Below are positions 1-10,776 of a stretch of 30,915 nt of DNA, piece after piece. Both the position numbers and the translations under genes were made by a program. The stretch is taken from contig JBNJEL010000008.1 of assembly GCA_051745835.1 (NCBI GenBank), positions 1 to 30,915 on the forward strand, written 5' to 3'. The stretch's first letter is position 1. The number at the start of each line of letters is the position of its first letter. This stretch comes from Bacillota bacterium (lineage in GTDB: Bacteria; Bacillota; Halanaerobiia; Halobacteroidales; Acetohalobiaceae). The notes under the pieces are model-generated. The model did not search any database. It had not been told where the DNA came from and worked only from the letters and a program-made list of their open reading frames with translations.

Positions 1-286
1 ATCCACATTCTAAGTATTAAATTTAGTAGCTGAATGTTTGCGATTAGATTCATAAACTCTTTGTCCCACATCAAGATAATAGATTTCAACAGTTTGATTC
101 ACTATGGAATATTTATTTAGTTCAACTTCATTTTACAATTAAGCATAATTATAAAATATAACACAATTGATTTTAATACATTATTAATAAAATTGCAAAT
201 CAAATATATTAATTGCAAGGTTAAATCTATATAGCCCCCTAACAGACTTGTGGAAAAAGTTCATTGGTAGTATAATTAAGTTAATT

Positions 287-468
287 TAAATTTAAGGGAA
301 TTATTAAAAGTTATCTAGAGGTCTATGAAAGAATTAGTGAGTACATGAAATATTATAATAACAGACGAAGACACGGTAGCTTAAATAATAAAGCTCCAGC
401 CAAATATTATCAAGCATTTAAAAGCAAGAAAATTAAGCCTGAAACTTTTAGTGCTTAAATTCAATTAC
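287..468 (+). mobile_element. C-terminal remnant (~60 codons) of an IS3/IS150-family transposase (integrase-core C-terminus); no intact upstream ORF in any frame
   Basis: Translation ...SEYMKYYNNRRRHGSLNNKAPAKYYQAFKS* matches the conserved C-terminal 'YIxYYNNKR...L.G.SP.QYR' tail of IS150/IS3 OrfB proteins. Upstream frames are closed by stops, so the element is truncated or degraded. Confidence 0.5.
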
Positions 469-549
469 TGCGAATAAGGAAGCATAATATAGATTTTCTC
501 CAATTTTAGGGGGTTAAGCCGAAAATGAATGTACTAGGAGATGATAGTA

Positions 550-2547
550 ATGAGTCAATTTGAACTGGTTTCTGATTATACTCCTCGTGGTGATCAGCCA
601 AAAGCAATTAATAAATTAAGTAGTGGTATTAAGTCTGGGCTTCAACATCAGACTCTCTTAGGTGTTACCGGTTCGGGTAAGACTTTTACCATGGCTAACT
701 TAATCGAACAAGTGCAGAAGCCTACCTTAGTGATTGCTCATAATAAGACTTTAGCAGCTCAACTTTGTAGCGAGTTTAGAGAGTTCTTTCCTAATAGTGC
801 TGTGGAGTACTTTGTTAGTTACTATAATTACTATCAGCCTGAAGCTTATGTACCACAGACTGATACTTATATCGAAAAGGATGCTTCAATTAATGAAGAG
901 ATAGATAGATTGCGTCTGGCAGCGACTAGTAGCTTATTTGAACGTGATGATGTAATTATTGTAGCTAGTGTTTCTTGTATCTATGGATTAGGCTCTCCGA
1001 CAGATTACTTAGATTTAACCTGTCAAGTTGAAGAAGGTTTAATTAAAGAGCGCCAGGAGATTATCCAGGAACTAATCCATATTCAATATGAACGCAAGGA
1101 TTATGACTTATCGCGCGGGAGCTTTCGAGTGCGAGGGGATGTAATTGAGGTTCATCCTGCCTATGAAGATAAAGTTTACCGGATTGAACTCTTTGGTGAT
1201 GAGGTTGACCGGATTCAAGAAGTTGATTCTGTCACTGGTGAGATTAAGCAGCAGTTAAAGGAACTAACTATCTATCCTGCTAGCCACTTTGTTACTAAAG
1301 AAGAGAAACTTAAGCGGGCGATTAAGAGTATCAAAGATGAGTTAGCGGAGCGGTTAAATGAGCTACGCAGTCAAGATAAGCTCTTAGAAGCACAGCGTTT
1401 AGAACAACGAACTAATTATGATTTAGAGATGTTAGAGGAAGTAGGATTCTGTCAAGGTATTGAGAATTACTCCCGTCATTTAGCTCAACGACCACCCGGT
1501 TCTCGTCCTCAGACGTTGATTGATTACTTTCCTGATGACTTCTTAGTATTAATTGATGAATCTCATAAAACAATACCTCAGATTGGCGGCATGTATGCGG
1601 GAGATAGATCACGTAAGGAACGGCTAGTAGAGCATGGTTTTAGGTTACCTTCTGCTTTGGATAATAGGCCACTTGAATTTGAAGAGTTTGAGAGTTTGAT
1701 CAATCAGGCAGTCTATATCTCTGCTACTCCAGGAGATTATGAACGCGAAGTAAGTAGTCAGGTGGTCGAGCAGATTATTCGTCCGACAGGATTAATTGAT
1801 CCTAAGATTGAGGTTAGAGGAATTGAAGGACAGATTGATGATCTATTAGCCGAGATTCAAGAAGTGGTAGCGAATGATGAACGAGTTTTAGTGACTACTC
1901 TAACTAAACAGATGGCGGAAGATTTAACTGAATATTTAGCTCAGTCAGGTGTGGAGATTCGTTATCTACACTCTGATATAGATACGATTGAACGTTTAGA
2001 GATTATCCGTGACCTTCGTTTAGGGGAGTTTGATGTTTTAGTAGGAATTAATCTACTTCGCGAGGGATTAGATTTACCGGAAGTTTCATTAGTAGCAATC
2101 TTAGATGCTGATAAGGAAGGTTTCTTACGCTCTACTAGATCACTAATTCAGACGATTGGACGAGCAGCCCGTAATAAACGAGGGCGGGTTTTAATGTATG
2201 CTGATAAGATGACAGATTCGATGCAGGAGGCAATTGAGGAGACTAATCGACGGCGCAGTATCCAGCAGGAATTTAATCAAACACATGATATTTCACCAAC
2301 TACGATTGTTAAGCCTGTTAGAGATGTACTACGTCCGGTAGATATGGTTGCCGAAGAAGATAATGTAGAATATAGTAGTAAGTCTAGTGATCAATCAGTG
2401 GATCATTCTGAAATGAGTGAAGAAGAGATTAGGGAATTAATTAGCGAGTTAGAAGTTGAGATGGAAGAAGCAGCAGATAATTTAGAGTATGAGTTGGCAG
2501 CTGATATTCGCGATCAGATAGATGAATTAAAAGAGGAGCTTAATTAA
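550..2547 (+). CDS. uvrB: Excinuclease ABC subunit B (UvrB)
   Basis: [20 protein letters not shown]... with helicase motifs ([12 protein letters not shown]) and a C-terminal UvrB/UvrC interaction coiled coil. ATG at 550 has AGGAGA at 8 nt; the ATG at 541 overlaps the SD and is unlikely to be the start. Confidence 0.95.
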   Translation: MSQFELVSDYTPRGDQPKAINKLSSGIKSGLQHQTLLGVTGSGKTFTMANLIEQVQKPTLVIAHNKTLAAQLCSEFREFFPNSAVEYFVSYYNYYQPEAYVPQTDTYIEKDASINEEIDRLRLAATSSLFERDDVIIVASVSCIYGLGSPTDYLDLTCQVEEGLIKERQEIIQELIHIQYERKDYDLSRGSFRVRGDVIEVHPAYEDKVYRIELFGDEVDRIQEVDSVTGEIKQQLKELTIYPASHFVTKEEKLKRAIKSIKDELAERLNELRSQDKLLEAQRLEQRTNYDLEMLEEVGFCQGIENYSRHLAQRPPGSRPQTLIDYFPDDFLVLIDESHKTIPQIGGMYAGDRSRKERLVEHGFRLPSALDNRPLEFEEFESLINQAVYISATPGDYEREVSSQVVEQIIRPTGLIDPKIEVRGIEGQIDDLLAEIQEVVANDERVLVTTLTKQMAEDLTEYLAQSGVEIRYLHSDIDTIERLEIIRDLRLGEFDVLVGINLLREGLDLPEVSLVAILDADKEGFLRSTRSLIQTIGRAARNKRGRVLMYADKMTDSMQEAIEETNRRRSIQQEFNQTHDISPTTIVKPVRDVLRPVDMVAEEDNVEYSSKSSDQSVDHSEMSEEEIRELISELEVEMEEAADNLEYELAADIRDQIDELKEELN

Positions 2548-2548
2548 G

Positions 2549-2579
2549 CAGACACCAATGCGGTGTCTGTCTTTTGTTT
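2549..2579 (+). terminator. Rho-independent terminator after uvrB
   Basis: CAGACACC-aatgc-GGTGTCTG hairpin followed by TCTTTTGTTT. Confidence 0.75.
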
Positions 2580-2796
2580 ATACTAAAAACTTCAATTATA
2601 TATAAGATAACCATTCGCTCTGAACGGAGTTAGGAAGTACTCTAACACATATTAAATAGAGATTTAAGTAAAATAAAGTTATCGATTGATATAAAATTAA
2701 TTTTTTTAGTTTCTTTAGTTAGTTCAATATTTTTTAATTAGTGAGATTAGTGAAAATTAGTAGCTAAAAAGGATTGGGTTTCAGTTGCTCACTATC

Positions 2797-2825
2797 TTGT
2801 AATCAGTAATTATTATTGATATAAT
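2797..2825 (+). promoter_or_regulatory. Sigma-A type promoter for uvrA-uvrC (TTGTAA-17 nt-TGaTATAAT extended -10)
   Basis: -35 TTGTAA at 2797-2802, 17-nt spacer, TG-n-TATAAT at 2817-2825, about 45 nt upstream of the uvrA RBS. Confidence 0.5.
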
Positions 2826-2871
2826 ATAAAAGTATCCGATCTTAATATATAACTAAAGAGGTGGGTTAGCA

Positions 2872-5688
2872 ATGAGTCAAGATCAGATTGTAATTCAAGG
2901 AGCACAAGAACATAATTTGAAGAATATAGATGTCGAGATTCCGCGTAATAAGTTGGTAGTAATTACTGGGTTAAGTGGTTCAGGGAAGTCTTCCTTAGCC
3001 TTTGATACGATCTATGCTGAAGGTCAGCGAAGATATGTAGAATCTTTATCCTCTTATGCTCGCCAATTCTTAGGACAGATGGATAAGCCGCAAGTGGAGT
3101 ATATTGAGGGTTTATCACCTTCGATATCGATCGATCAAAAGAATACTAGTCAGAATCCACGTTCGACAGTAGGGACGGTAACTGAGATCTATGATTATCT
3201 GCGGTTATTGTATGCTCGTTTAGGGACACCACACTGTCCAGAGTGTGGAGAAGAGATTGCTTCCCAGACAATTGATGAGATTGTTGAGCAGATATTGAGA
3301 TTAGAGGAGCGGACTAAGTTACAGATCTTAGCTCCGATTGTGAAGGATCGTAAAGGTGAGCACCAAGAGCTTTTAGATCAGATGCAGCGAGAAGGATATG
3401 TACGCGTTAAAGTAGATGGTGAGATTAGAGATTTAGCAGAAGATATAGAGTTAGAGCCTAAACAGAACCATCGGATTGAGGTAGTCGTGGATCGAATTAT
3501 TATCAAAGAGGGAATTAAAGAGCGACTGACTGATTCGGTAGAGACAGCTTTAGAATTAGGTTCCGACTTAGTAGTAGTTGATTTAGTTGACGGTGGAGAA
3601 GAGGTCTATAGTGAGAACTTTGCCTGTCCTGGGTGTGGGATTAATTTAGAAGAGTTGACGCCGCGGATGTTCTCCTTTAATAGTCCTTATGGTGCTTGTT
3701 CAATCTGTGATGGTTTAGGTTCTAAGCGGGAGTTTGATCCGGACTTGATCTTTGCTTATGATCAATCGATCAATGAGGGGGCGATTATTCCGTGGCGTAG
3801 ATCACGTAGTAAGTATTATCCTCAGCTGTTAGTTGCTTTAGCTGAACACTTTGATTTTAGTCTTGATACGCCGTTAAATGAGTTAGATGATCAGACTATC
3901 GAGCTTTTAGCCTACGGAACTGATGAGGAAGTAAGTTTTAAGTATACTAATCGCTATAATCGTACGCGTACGCATACTACTAAATTTAAGGGAGTTATTG
4001 GCTATTTAGAACGGAGATTAAGAAAAGCTAAGTCCGATAAAGGACGGCGTAAGTTAGAGAAGTATATGAGTATCAGATCCTGTCCGGACTGTGAAGGTGG
4101 TCGCTTGAATGAGAAGAGTTTAGCGGTGACGATTGCTGGACGAACAATTGATGAGGTGACTGACCTTCCGATTGAAGATGCTTATGATTTCTTTGCTCAG
4201 TTAGAGTTAGATGAACGTGAGGAGTTAATCGGAGGACAGGTCTTAAAGGAGATTAAAGAGCGGTTAGGCTTCTTAAATAATGTTGGTCTTAATTATTTAA
4301 CGCTCAATCGTTCGGCAGGAACCTTATCCGGCGGAGAAGCCCAACGAATTAGATTAGCTACCCAGATTGGTTCCAGCTTGGTAGGGGTGCTCTATATCTT
4401 AGATGAACCGAGTATTGGACTGCACCAGAAGGATAATGCGCGCTTAATTGATACCTTAAAAGATCTGCGCGATCTTGGTAATACAGTAGTTGTAGTTGAG
4501 CATGATGAAGAGATGATTAGAGAGGCTGACCATGTGATTGACTTAGGACCAGGTGCTGGTAAAGAGGGCGGAGAAGTAGTAGCGCAGGGTACTACTGAAG
4601 AGATTATGGAAGTGGACGAATCATTAACCGGTCAGTACCTCGCTGGTAAGAAGGAGATACCAATTCCTAGTCAGCGTCATGAGAGTGAAGAGAGCTATTT
4701 AGAGATTAAAGGGGCTAGACAGCATAACCTTAAAGATATAGATGTCAAAGTGCCGTTAGGTGTCTTTACTACTGTAACCGGTGTTTCTGGCTCAGGTAAG
4801 AGTACCTTGATTAATGAGATCTTAAATAAGCGTTTAATGCAGGAGTTCTATCAATCTAGCGCTAAGCCAGGAGAGCATGATCAGATTTTAGGTTTAGATA
4901 AGATTGATAAGGTAGTCAATATTGATCAATCACCAATCGGTAGAACACCGCGTTCTAATCCAGCAACCTATACTAAGGTCTTTGATTATATTCGTGAAGT
5001 CTTTGCTAAGACTCCGGAGGCTAAACGCCGGGGCTATAAGAAAGGACGCTTTAGCTTTAATGTCAAAGGTGGACGTTGTGAAGCCTGTAGCGGAGATGGT
5101 ATTAATAAAATTGAGATGCACTTTTTGGCTGATGTCTATGTACCGTGTGAAGTCTGTGAAGGTCAGCGGTATAATAGTGAGACATTAGAGATCAAGTATA
5201 AAGGTAAGACAATTGCCGATGTGTTAGATATGACAGTTGGTGAAGCGCTGGACTTCTTTGCTAATATTCCTAAGATTAAACGTAGATTACAGACGCTTTA
5301 TGATGTGGGGTTGAGTTATATTAAGTTAGGACAACCATCGACAACGCTGTCAGGCGGTGAAGCACAGCGGGTTAAGATTGCTACGGAGTTAAGTAAGCGC
5401 AGCACAGGACAGACAGTTTATATTCTTGATGAGCCAACTACAGGACTTCACTTTGCTGATGTAAAGAAATTATTAGAAGTACTTAAACGTCTGCAAGCAG
5501 AGGGCAATACTGTGATTGTAATTGAACATAATTTAGAAGTAATTAAATCAGCTGATCATCTAATTGATTTAGGTCCTGAAGGCGGTAAGCATGGCGGTGA
5601 AGTGATAGCTACTGGTACTCCAGAAGAGGTTGCTCAGACAGAGGGTTCTTATACGGGTGAGTTCTTAACTGATATTTTAGAGAACTAA
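2872..5688 (+). CDS. uvrA: Excinuclease ABC subunit A (UvrA), two ABC ATPase modules plus zinc fingers
   Basis: [19 protein letters not shown]..., Walker [12 protein letters not shown] and [18 protein letters not shown] signature twice, CxxC pairs; 938 aa. Confidence 0.96.
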   Translation: MSQDQIVIQGAQEHNLKNIDVEIPRNKLVVITGLSGSGKSSLAFDTIYAEGQRRYVESLSSYARQFLGQMDKPQVEYIEGLSPSISIDQKNTSQNPRSTVGTVTEIYDYLRLLYARLGTPHCPECGEEIASQTIDEIVEQILRLEERTKLQILAPIVKDRKGEHQELLDQMQREGYVRVKVDGEIRDLAEDIELEPKQNHRIEVVVDRIIIKEGIKERLTDSVETALELGSDLVVVDLVDGGEEVYSENFACPGCGINLEELTPRMFSFNSPYGACSICDGLGSKREFDPDLIFAYDQSINEGAIIPWRRSRSKYYPQLLVALAEHFDFSLDTPLNELDDQTIELLAYGTDEEVSFKYTNRYNRTRTHTTKFKGVIGYLERRLRKAKSDKGRRKLEKYMSIRSCPDCEGGRLNEKSLAVTIAGRTIDEVTDLPIEDAYDFFAQLELDEREELIGGQVLKEIKERLGFLNNVGLNYLTLNRSAGTLSGGEAQRIRLATQIGSSLVGVLYILDEPSIGLHQKDNARLIDTLKDLRDLGNTVVVVEHDEEMIREADHVIDLGPGAGKEGGEVVAQGTTEEIMEVDESLTGQYLAGKKEIPIPSQRHESEESYLEIKGARQHNLKDIDVKVPLGVFTTVTGVSGSGKSTLINEILNKRLMQEFYQSSAKPGEHDQILGLDKIDKVVNIDQSPIGRTPRSNPATYTKVFDYIREVFAKTPEAKRRGYKKGRFSFNVKGGRCEACSGDGINKIEMHFLADVYVPCEVCEGQRYNSETLEIKYKGKTIADVLDMTVGEALDFFANIPKIKRRLQTLYDVGLSYIKLGQPSTTLSGGEAQRVKIATELSKRSTGQTVYILDEPTTGLHFADVKKLLEVLKRLQAEGNTVIVIEHNLEVIKSADHLIDLGPEGGKHGGEVIATGTPEEVAQTEGSYTGEFLTDILEN

Positions 5689-5705
5689 ATAATGGAGTGA
5701 TAGTC

Positions 5706-7529
5706 ATGAATTTAAAGGAGCAAGTAGATAATCTACCACAGACAGCAGGGGTCTACTTGATGAAGAATAAGTCGGGGGAGATCATCTATGTTGGTAAGGC
5801 AAAGTCTTTACGTAAACGTGTGCGTTCTTACTTTCAACAGTCGCGTCAGCACTCATTTAAGACTACTGTCTTAGTAGATAAGATTGCTGAACTTGATTAT
5901 ATTATTACTGATTCGGAAGTGGAAGCTTTAATTTTGGAAGCGACGATGATTAAGAAGCATAATCCTAAGTTCAATATTAGGTTAAAGGATGACAAATCTT
6001 ATCCTTATATCAAGGTAACACTTAACGAGAGCTACCCCCGTGTCTTTAAGACCAGGATTGTCAAAGAGGATGGGGCTAAGTATTATGGTCCCTATCCTGA
6101 TGTCAAAGCTGTCCATCAGATCTTAAAGTTAGTACATGATCTATTTCCACTCAGGGATTGTAAACAGCAGTTAAGCTCTGATACTTCTACAGAGCGAGCC
6201 TGTTTAAATTATCATATTGAGAAGTGTCTTGGTCCTTGTGTTAATCAGGTAAGCCGGGAGCGTTATCAAGCGATGATTGACGAGGTCTGTCTCTTCTTAG
6301 AGGGTAAACAGACTGATTTAGTTGCTCAACTTCGAGAGGGGATGGAAGCAGCTGCCGCAGAACGCAACTTTGAGCGGGCAGCCGAATTACGGGATCAGAT
6401 CGAAGCAATTGAGAAGATTATCCAAGATCAACAGGTAGTTTCTGCCGAATTAGATAATCAGGATCTGATTGCTACTGCTCACCAAGATAATCTTGCTTGT
6501 GTGCAGGTAATGGTTGTACGTAATGGACGATTAGTAGGTGAAGAGGACTTTATTATGGAAGGTACAGCAGAGGAGGAGATTGACGAGACGCTATCTGCCT
6601 TCTTAAAGCAGTATTATATGAATACTGATTATATACCACAGGAGATATTATTAAAGAGTTCTTTAAGTGATCAAACAGTAATTGAGAGTTGGTTAAGTAA
6701 GGAGCGCGGGGCAAAGGTGAAGCTTAAAGAACCACAGCGCGGTTCTAAGCGGGAGATGATTCAGTTAGCAGAGCGTAATGCTAAGTATAATCTGAAGGAT
6801 TATCTGATTAAGTCTAATTATCAGCAGCGTAAACCTCTCGAAGCAGTTAAGGAGTTAGCTGATTATTTAGAGTTAAGAGAGTTGCCAATTAGGATTGAAG
6901 GCTTTGATATCTCTAATTTGCAGGGTAGTGACCCGGTAGCCTCCTTAGTTGTCTTTGAGAATGGACAAGCCAAGAAAGAAGATTACCGACGCTTTAAGAT
7001 TAAGAATAGTGAAGGTCCTGATGATTTTGCGATGATGCAGGAGGTAGTTGAGCGGCGCTATTCTCGACTGCTAAGAGAAGATAGAGAGCTACCTGATTTG
7101 ATCTTAGTTGATGGTGGTAAGGGTCAATTAAGTTCTGCTTTAGCTACATTAGAGCAGTTAGGAATAACTGACCAACAGATTATCGGTCTAGCGAAGAAAA
7201 AAGAGGAGGTCTTTGTACCGCATTCTCAGGAGCCGATTATTTTGCCGCGTAACTCAGAGGCTCTATATCTCCTCCAACGGATCAGAGATGAGGCGCATCG
7301 CTTTGCAGTTAATTACCACCGTAAATTACGATCACGACGGGTAACTCATTCGATGTTAGATGATATCTCCGGAGTGGGAGAGAAGCGGCGGCAGCGGCTC
7401 TTAGAGTACTTTGGTTCTTTAGATAAGATTCGTAAGGCTTCGCTTGATGAGCTAAGTGCAGTTAAAGGGATTAGTACGCGGATTGCTACTGCTATCCAGA
7501 AGCATCTCACAGAACATACTCGTCCTTAA
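5706..7529 (+). CDS. uvrC: Excinuclease ABC subunit C (UvrC)
   Basis: MNLKEQVDNLPQTAGVYLMK... GIY-YIG nuclease N-terminus, UvrBC-interaction region, RNaseH-like/HhH C-terminus. ATG at 5706 sits 8 nt after GGAG. It starts 18 nt after the uvrA stop with no terminator between, so it is co-transcribed. Confidence 0.93.
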   Translation: MNLKEQVDNLPQTAGVYLMKNKSGEIIYVGKAKSLRKRVRSYFQQSRQHSFKTTVLVDKIAELDYIITDSEVEALILEATMIKKHNPKFNIRLKDDKSYPYIKVTLNESYPRVFKTRIVKEDGAKYYGPYPDVKAVHQILKLVHDLFPLRDCKQQLSSDTSTERACLNYHIEKCLGPCVNQVSRERYQAMIDEVCLFLEGKQTDLVAQLREGMEAAAAERNFERAAELRDQIEAIEKIIQDQQVVSAELDNQDLIATAHQDNLACVQVMVVRNGRLVGEEDFIMEGTAEEEIDETLSAFLKQYYMNTDYIPQEILLKSSLSDQTVIESWLSKERGAKVKLKEPQRGSKREMIQLAERNAKYNLKDYLIKSNYQQRKPLEAVKELADYLELRELPIRIEGFDISNLQGSDPVASLVVFENGQAKKEDYRRFKIKNSEGPDDFAMMQEVVERRYSRLLREDRELPDLILVDGGKGQLSSALATLEQLGITDQQIIGLAKKKEEVFVPHSQEPIILPRNSEALYLLQRIRDEAHRFAVNYHRKLRSRRVTHSMLDDISGVGEKRRQRLLEYFGSLDKIRKASLDELSAVKGISTRIATAIQKHLTEHTRP

Positions 7530-7597
7530 AGGAACAAATTAATCAGTAGTGAATAACTTAATTAGTAAGCAGAATATTTAGTAAGGAGTGAGTAAAG

Positions 7598-7786
7598 ATG
7601 AGTAGAAGTAACAAACTGTATCGTTCGCGTAGGGATAAGATGATTGCTGGTGTCTGTGGCGGAATAGCTGAGTACTTTGGAATTGATTCTACAATAGTGC
7701 GGTTGATTTGGGCGTGTCTATTCTTTGGATTAGGAGCTGGGCTGTTATTATATATTATCTGTTGGATTATAGTTCCTTATAGGTAG
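7598..7786 (+). CDS. PspC-domain small membrane protein
   Basis: MIAGVCGGIAEYFGIDSTIVRLIWA is the PspC-domain signature, followed by a TM helix; AAGGAG RBS 9 nt upstream. Confidence 0.65.
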   Translation: MSRSNKLYRSRRDKMIAGVCGGIAEYFGIDSTIVRLIWACLFFGLGAGLLLYIICWIIVPYR

Positions 7787-7794
7787 TGGGATAA

Positions 7795-8013
7795 TTAAGA
7801 GTTGGCTTGATAAGCTTGGATAATGTCATTTTTGGTGATTAATCCTAATAATTGCTGCTTATTGTCTACTACCGGTAAGTACTCTAGCTGATGATCTATT
7901 AGCTGATTAATAATTTGTGTCAGAGTGTCCTGCGGTGTAACGGTAATTAAGTTAGTGGTCATATAATCAGCTGCAGAAGTTGTAGAGTAGTCTTGAGATT
8001 CAATATCACGTAG
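7795..8013 (-). pseudogene. Second CBS domain of the ClC channel, in the same frame immediately after the TAG at 8014-8016 (split or interrupted gene)
   Basis: Same-frame continuation translates LRDIESQDYSTTSAADYMTTNLITVTPQDTLTQIINQLIDHQLEYLPVVDNKQQLLGLITKNDIIQAYQANS*, a canonical CBS motif that would complete the Bateman pair. Confidence 0.7.
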
Positions 8014-9450
8014 CTAGTCAATCTTAATTAGTCCTACTAATTCTTGGCTGCGGTTAATAACTGGAAGTTTGGCTTGCTGACTCTGTTTTAGTAAATTATT
8101 TATCTGTTTAAGATTATCGTCTTCATAAGCTAGTTGTAGCTCTTCTTTAGTGGTCATAAGCTCTTCGGCAACTGGTTCTTGCTTATTGGTAGTTAATGGA
8201 CTATCGGGATAGAACTCAGCAGTAAAGAGGCGATAGGAGTAGATTGTCTCTGAACTAATTGACTGACTAATGACTGTGCTGAGAATACAGGTGATTAAGA
8301 GGGGTAATATTATCTGATAATCTCTTGTCAATTCAAAGAGTAAGAAGATAGCTGTCAGTGGCGCCTGCATAGTGCTAGCTAATAGAGCTGCCATACCGAC
8401 TAAAGCATAAGTACCCGGAGTACTAGTAAGTGCAGGGTAGAATTGATTAAGAATAATTCCTAGGCTGCTACCTAATGCAGCTCCGATAAATAGAGTCGGT
8501 GTAAAGATTCCACCAATCTGTCCCGAGCCTAAAGTAACTGCTGTAGCTAATAATTTAAGGATAATTAATCCAGCTACAGTAGATAGAAGCAAGCGATTAT
8601 GGAGTATCTGTTCAATCTCTGTCGTACCTAGTCCTTTAATTAGAGGCGTGATGAGACTGATTAATCCTACTATTGCTCCGCTGAGCATCGGTTTGACATA
8701 GGCTGGTAGTTGCCAGTGATAAAAGATAGCACCTAACTTAGATAGTGCGATGATAAATAGGCGGCTAATTAGTGCACTCATAATTCCTAAGATGATATAG
8801 AAGAAGTATTCGTGATTATTGATAATGTTGTAGTTAGTGACTAAGAAGAAAGGATCACTACCTTTTAGAAGTTCGCCAATAGTAGTGCCGCAGATAGTAG
8901 AAATAATGATTAAAGTTAGAGTATTAAGATCGAATTCTTTAAGAACTACCTCTAGGGCAAAGAAGATACCAGCTAAAGGAGCATTAAATAAGGCAGCAAT
9001 ACCTGCTGAGATGCCGCAGGTTGCTAAAAGTCTATGAATAGATTGAGGTAGTGAGTTTAGAGAACTAATTAATGTACCGGTATTAGCTCCTAAAGCAATA
9101 ATAGGGCCCGTAGCACCGACAGAATTTCCAGAAGCAATAGAGATAGCAGTGCTTAAAGCTTTAATAAAAGTATTTTCTGTCTGGTCTGTTTGTTGGTCAT
9201 TAGTTAGATCTTCGATTAATTTTGGTGCGCCGAAGTTCTGTAACTGTGGCGCAAGGTGATAGATTAAGACTCCCCCAATTAATCCTCCTATCGCCGGAGC
9301 AAAGATAGATAAGTTAAATTGAGCAAATAGGTGGCTTATTAGGGTGATAAATTCTCGATATATTACTGTCAGTAAGCCTGAGATAGTACCGATTATGATT
9401 GTAATGCTGGTTAACGAGATAATCTCTGTTAAACTGTTATTTCTTTTCAT
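8014..9450 (-). CDS. ClC-family voltage-gated chloride channel with first C-terminal CBS domain; ends at an in-frame TAG
   Basis: Multi-TM protein with ClC motifs (GSGIP-like GNSVGATGP, GxFxP 'GGIFTPTLF', GREGP-like region) and a C-terminal CBS domain; GGTGA RBS upstream of the ATG at 9450. Confidence 0.85.
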   Translation of the reverse strand: MKRNNSLTEIISLTSITIIIGTISGLLTVIYREFITLISHLFAQFNLSIFAPAIGGLIGGVLIYHLAPQLQNFGAPKLIEDLTNDQQTDQTENTFIKALSTAISIASGNSVGATGPIIALGANTGTLISSLNSLPQSIHRLLATCGISAGIAALFNAPLAGIFFALEVVLKEFDLNTLTLIIISTICGTTIGELLKGSDPFFLVTNYNIINNHEYFFYIILGIMSALISRLFIIALSKLGAIFYHWQLPAYVKPMLSGAIVGLISLITPLIKGLGTTEIEQILHNRLLLSTVAGLIILKLLATAVTLGSGQIGGIFTPTLFIGAALGSSLGIILNQFYPALTSTPGTYALVGMAALLASTMQAPLTAIFLLFELTRDYQIILPLLITCILSTVISQSISSETIYSYRLFTAEFYPDSPLTTNKQEPVAEELMTTKEELQLAYEDDNLKQINNLLKQSQQAKLPVINRSQELVGLIKID

Positions 9451-9521
9451 CTTATCACCTACTTTACCCCTTAATTATAACAGATATTAGTTATCTAGAC
9501 AAGATTGAGATTTAATGAAAG

Positions 9522-9543
9522 AACCTGCAAGAATCTGCAGGTT
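9522..9543 (-). terminator. Hairpin terminator overlapping the stop of the small ORF 9542..9784
   Basis: AACCTGCA-agaatc-TGCAGGTT; T-rich (ttctttcatt) on the minus strand after it. Confidence 0.5.
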
Positions 9544-9784
9544 AGATACGACGATTCTCTTCTACTTGAGCATCTAATAACTCATGATCAATTGTACTAA
9601 AATCGCCCTCCATACTGATCATTCCTTCATCTTCTAAAATCTGTACTACTTCAGACCAGCTATCGCGTTGATTTTCTGGTAGTTGGAGAATGAATTGATT
9701 AATTTCTTCGATCGGCACTTCATTCCTGACTTTCATACCTCCAAATTTCATATACTGTTCTATCTGTTTAAAGATAATTATCAC
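9542..9784 (-). CDS. Small hypothetical acidic protein (start uncertain)
   Basis: 80-codon ORF with an AAGGAGTGA SD. The GTG start sits too close to the SD and the internal ATGs are poorly spaced, so the true start codon is unresolved. Confidence 0.3.
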   Translation of the reverse strand: MIIIFKQIEQYMKFGGMKVRNEVPIEEINQFILQLPENQRDSWSEVVQILEDEGMISMEGDFSTIDHELLDAQVEENRRI

Positions 9785-9962
9785 TCCTTAATTTGTCACT
9801 TATTAAGTAGTATTACGATTTCAGTTTATTTAATGACTGGAAAGTTATAGCTTACTTAGACAGATTATAATTTAGTTAAATTAGATTGAAAAGAAGGATT
9901 TATTACTTTTATGTACAATAATTGTTAATAAATGTAATAAAAATTTTGAGGAGGTTGGTAAG

Positions 9963-10544
9963 ATGTCTACAGACAAATATAGAGTCAGTGTTGAAGAAGC
10001 GGCAGAGCGTTTAGGGGTGTCAAAGCGGACTGTTTATCGTAGATTAAATGATAATCTGTTAGATGGGATGAAAAAGAGGACAAGCCATGGAGATAAATGG
10101 TTTATCTCCGAAGATGAGTTTAGTGATCAAGCTGAAGTGATTAAGGAGGTAATTGAGACCGAGCGTAAGATGAATGTAGCTGAGCTTAAAGAAGAGTTGA
10201 AGAATACTTTCTTAGAGGTGCAACAAGAGATGATAGAAGAAGTATTAGATCAGCAGCGCCAAGCAATTACTGAAGATATTAAGGAGGAGCTTAAGAAAGA
10301 AGGAGAGCGGTTAGACAGTACTGTCAGTCGTGAGTTAGATAAGTTTCAGTCTACATTTGAAGAGACTGCTGCTTCTATTCCTCAGACTATTAAGAATGAA
10401 CAGCAAGAGCATCGCGAGTGGATTAATCAGCGCGATCGAAAGTTAATGCGTAATATTCGTCGTATGCAGCGTAAAGATAAATATGAACAAGAACAGAAAG
10501 AGAGAGCAAGTTTAATACATAAATTAGCTAATATTTTCAAATAA
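9963..10544 (+). CDS. HTH_17/excisionase-type DNA-binding domain fused to a long E/K/Q-rich coiled coil; hypothetical regulator
   Basis: N-terminus VSVEEAAERLGVSKRTVYRRL is a helix-turn-helix; the remainder is charged heptad-like sequence; GAGGAGG RBS. Confidence 0.6.
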   Translation: MSTDKYRVSVEEAAERLGVSKRTVYRRLNDNLLDGMKKRTSHGDKWFISEDEFSDQAEVIKEVIETERKMNVAELKEELKNTFLEVQQEMIEEVLDQQRQAITEDIKEELKKEGERLDSTVSRELDKFQSTFEETAASIPQTIKNEQQEHREWINQRDRKLMRNIRRMQRKDKYEQEQKERASLIHKLANIFK

Positions 10545-10610
10545 ATTGCTGCTACCTTACAATTATCCTCTAATTCTTGAATAGTAATTATATTGTATAG
10601 TGTTTAATTA

Positions 10611-10638
10611 AAACAGTCTTTAATGACTGTTTTTTTAT
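10611..10638 (+). terminator. Rho-independent terminator after 9963..10544
   Basis: AAACAGTC-tttaat-GACTGTTT followed by TTTTTTT. Confidence 0.7.
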
Positions 10639-10776
10639 TATGAAATAATTTTTTAGTTATTTATTTTCTAACCAGAATTATAGCGATTAGATTATACACA
10701 GAATTAAATCCACTGCATAGTATAGTAATGTAGTACAGTGAGCTTAAATTAAAATTTTAAATAAAGGGGGGAGATT

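Noticed and set aside
534-552. Recurrent GGAG(A)TGATA(G/A)T motif in the translation-initiation regions of uvrB, uvrC, ORF 12948 and the small ORF at 9784
   Set aside because: Explained by extended complementarity to the 16S rRNA 3' tail (…GGAGGTGATC…) plus an A/T-rich spacer. A 9-mer recurrence is expected by chance in 31 kb of AT-rich sequence.
430-2871. LexA/Cheo box (CGAAC-N4-GTTCG) upstream of uvrB or uvrA
   Set aside because: The only GAAC occurrence (2620-2635, CTGAACGGAGTTAGG) lacks the inverted GTTC half-site.
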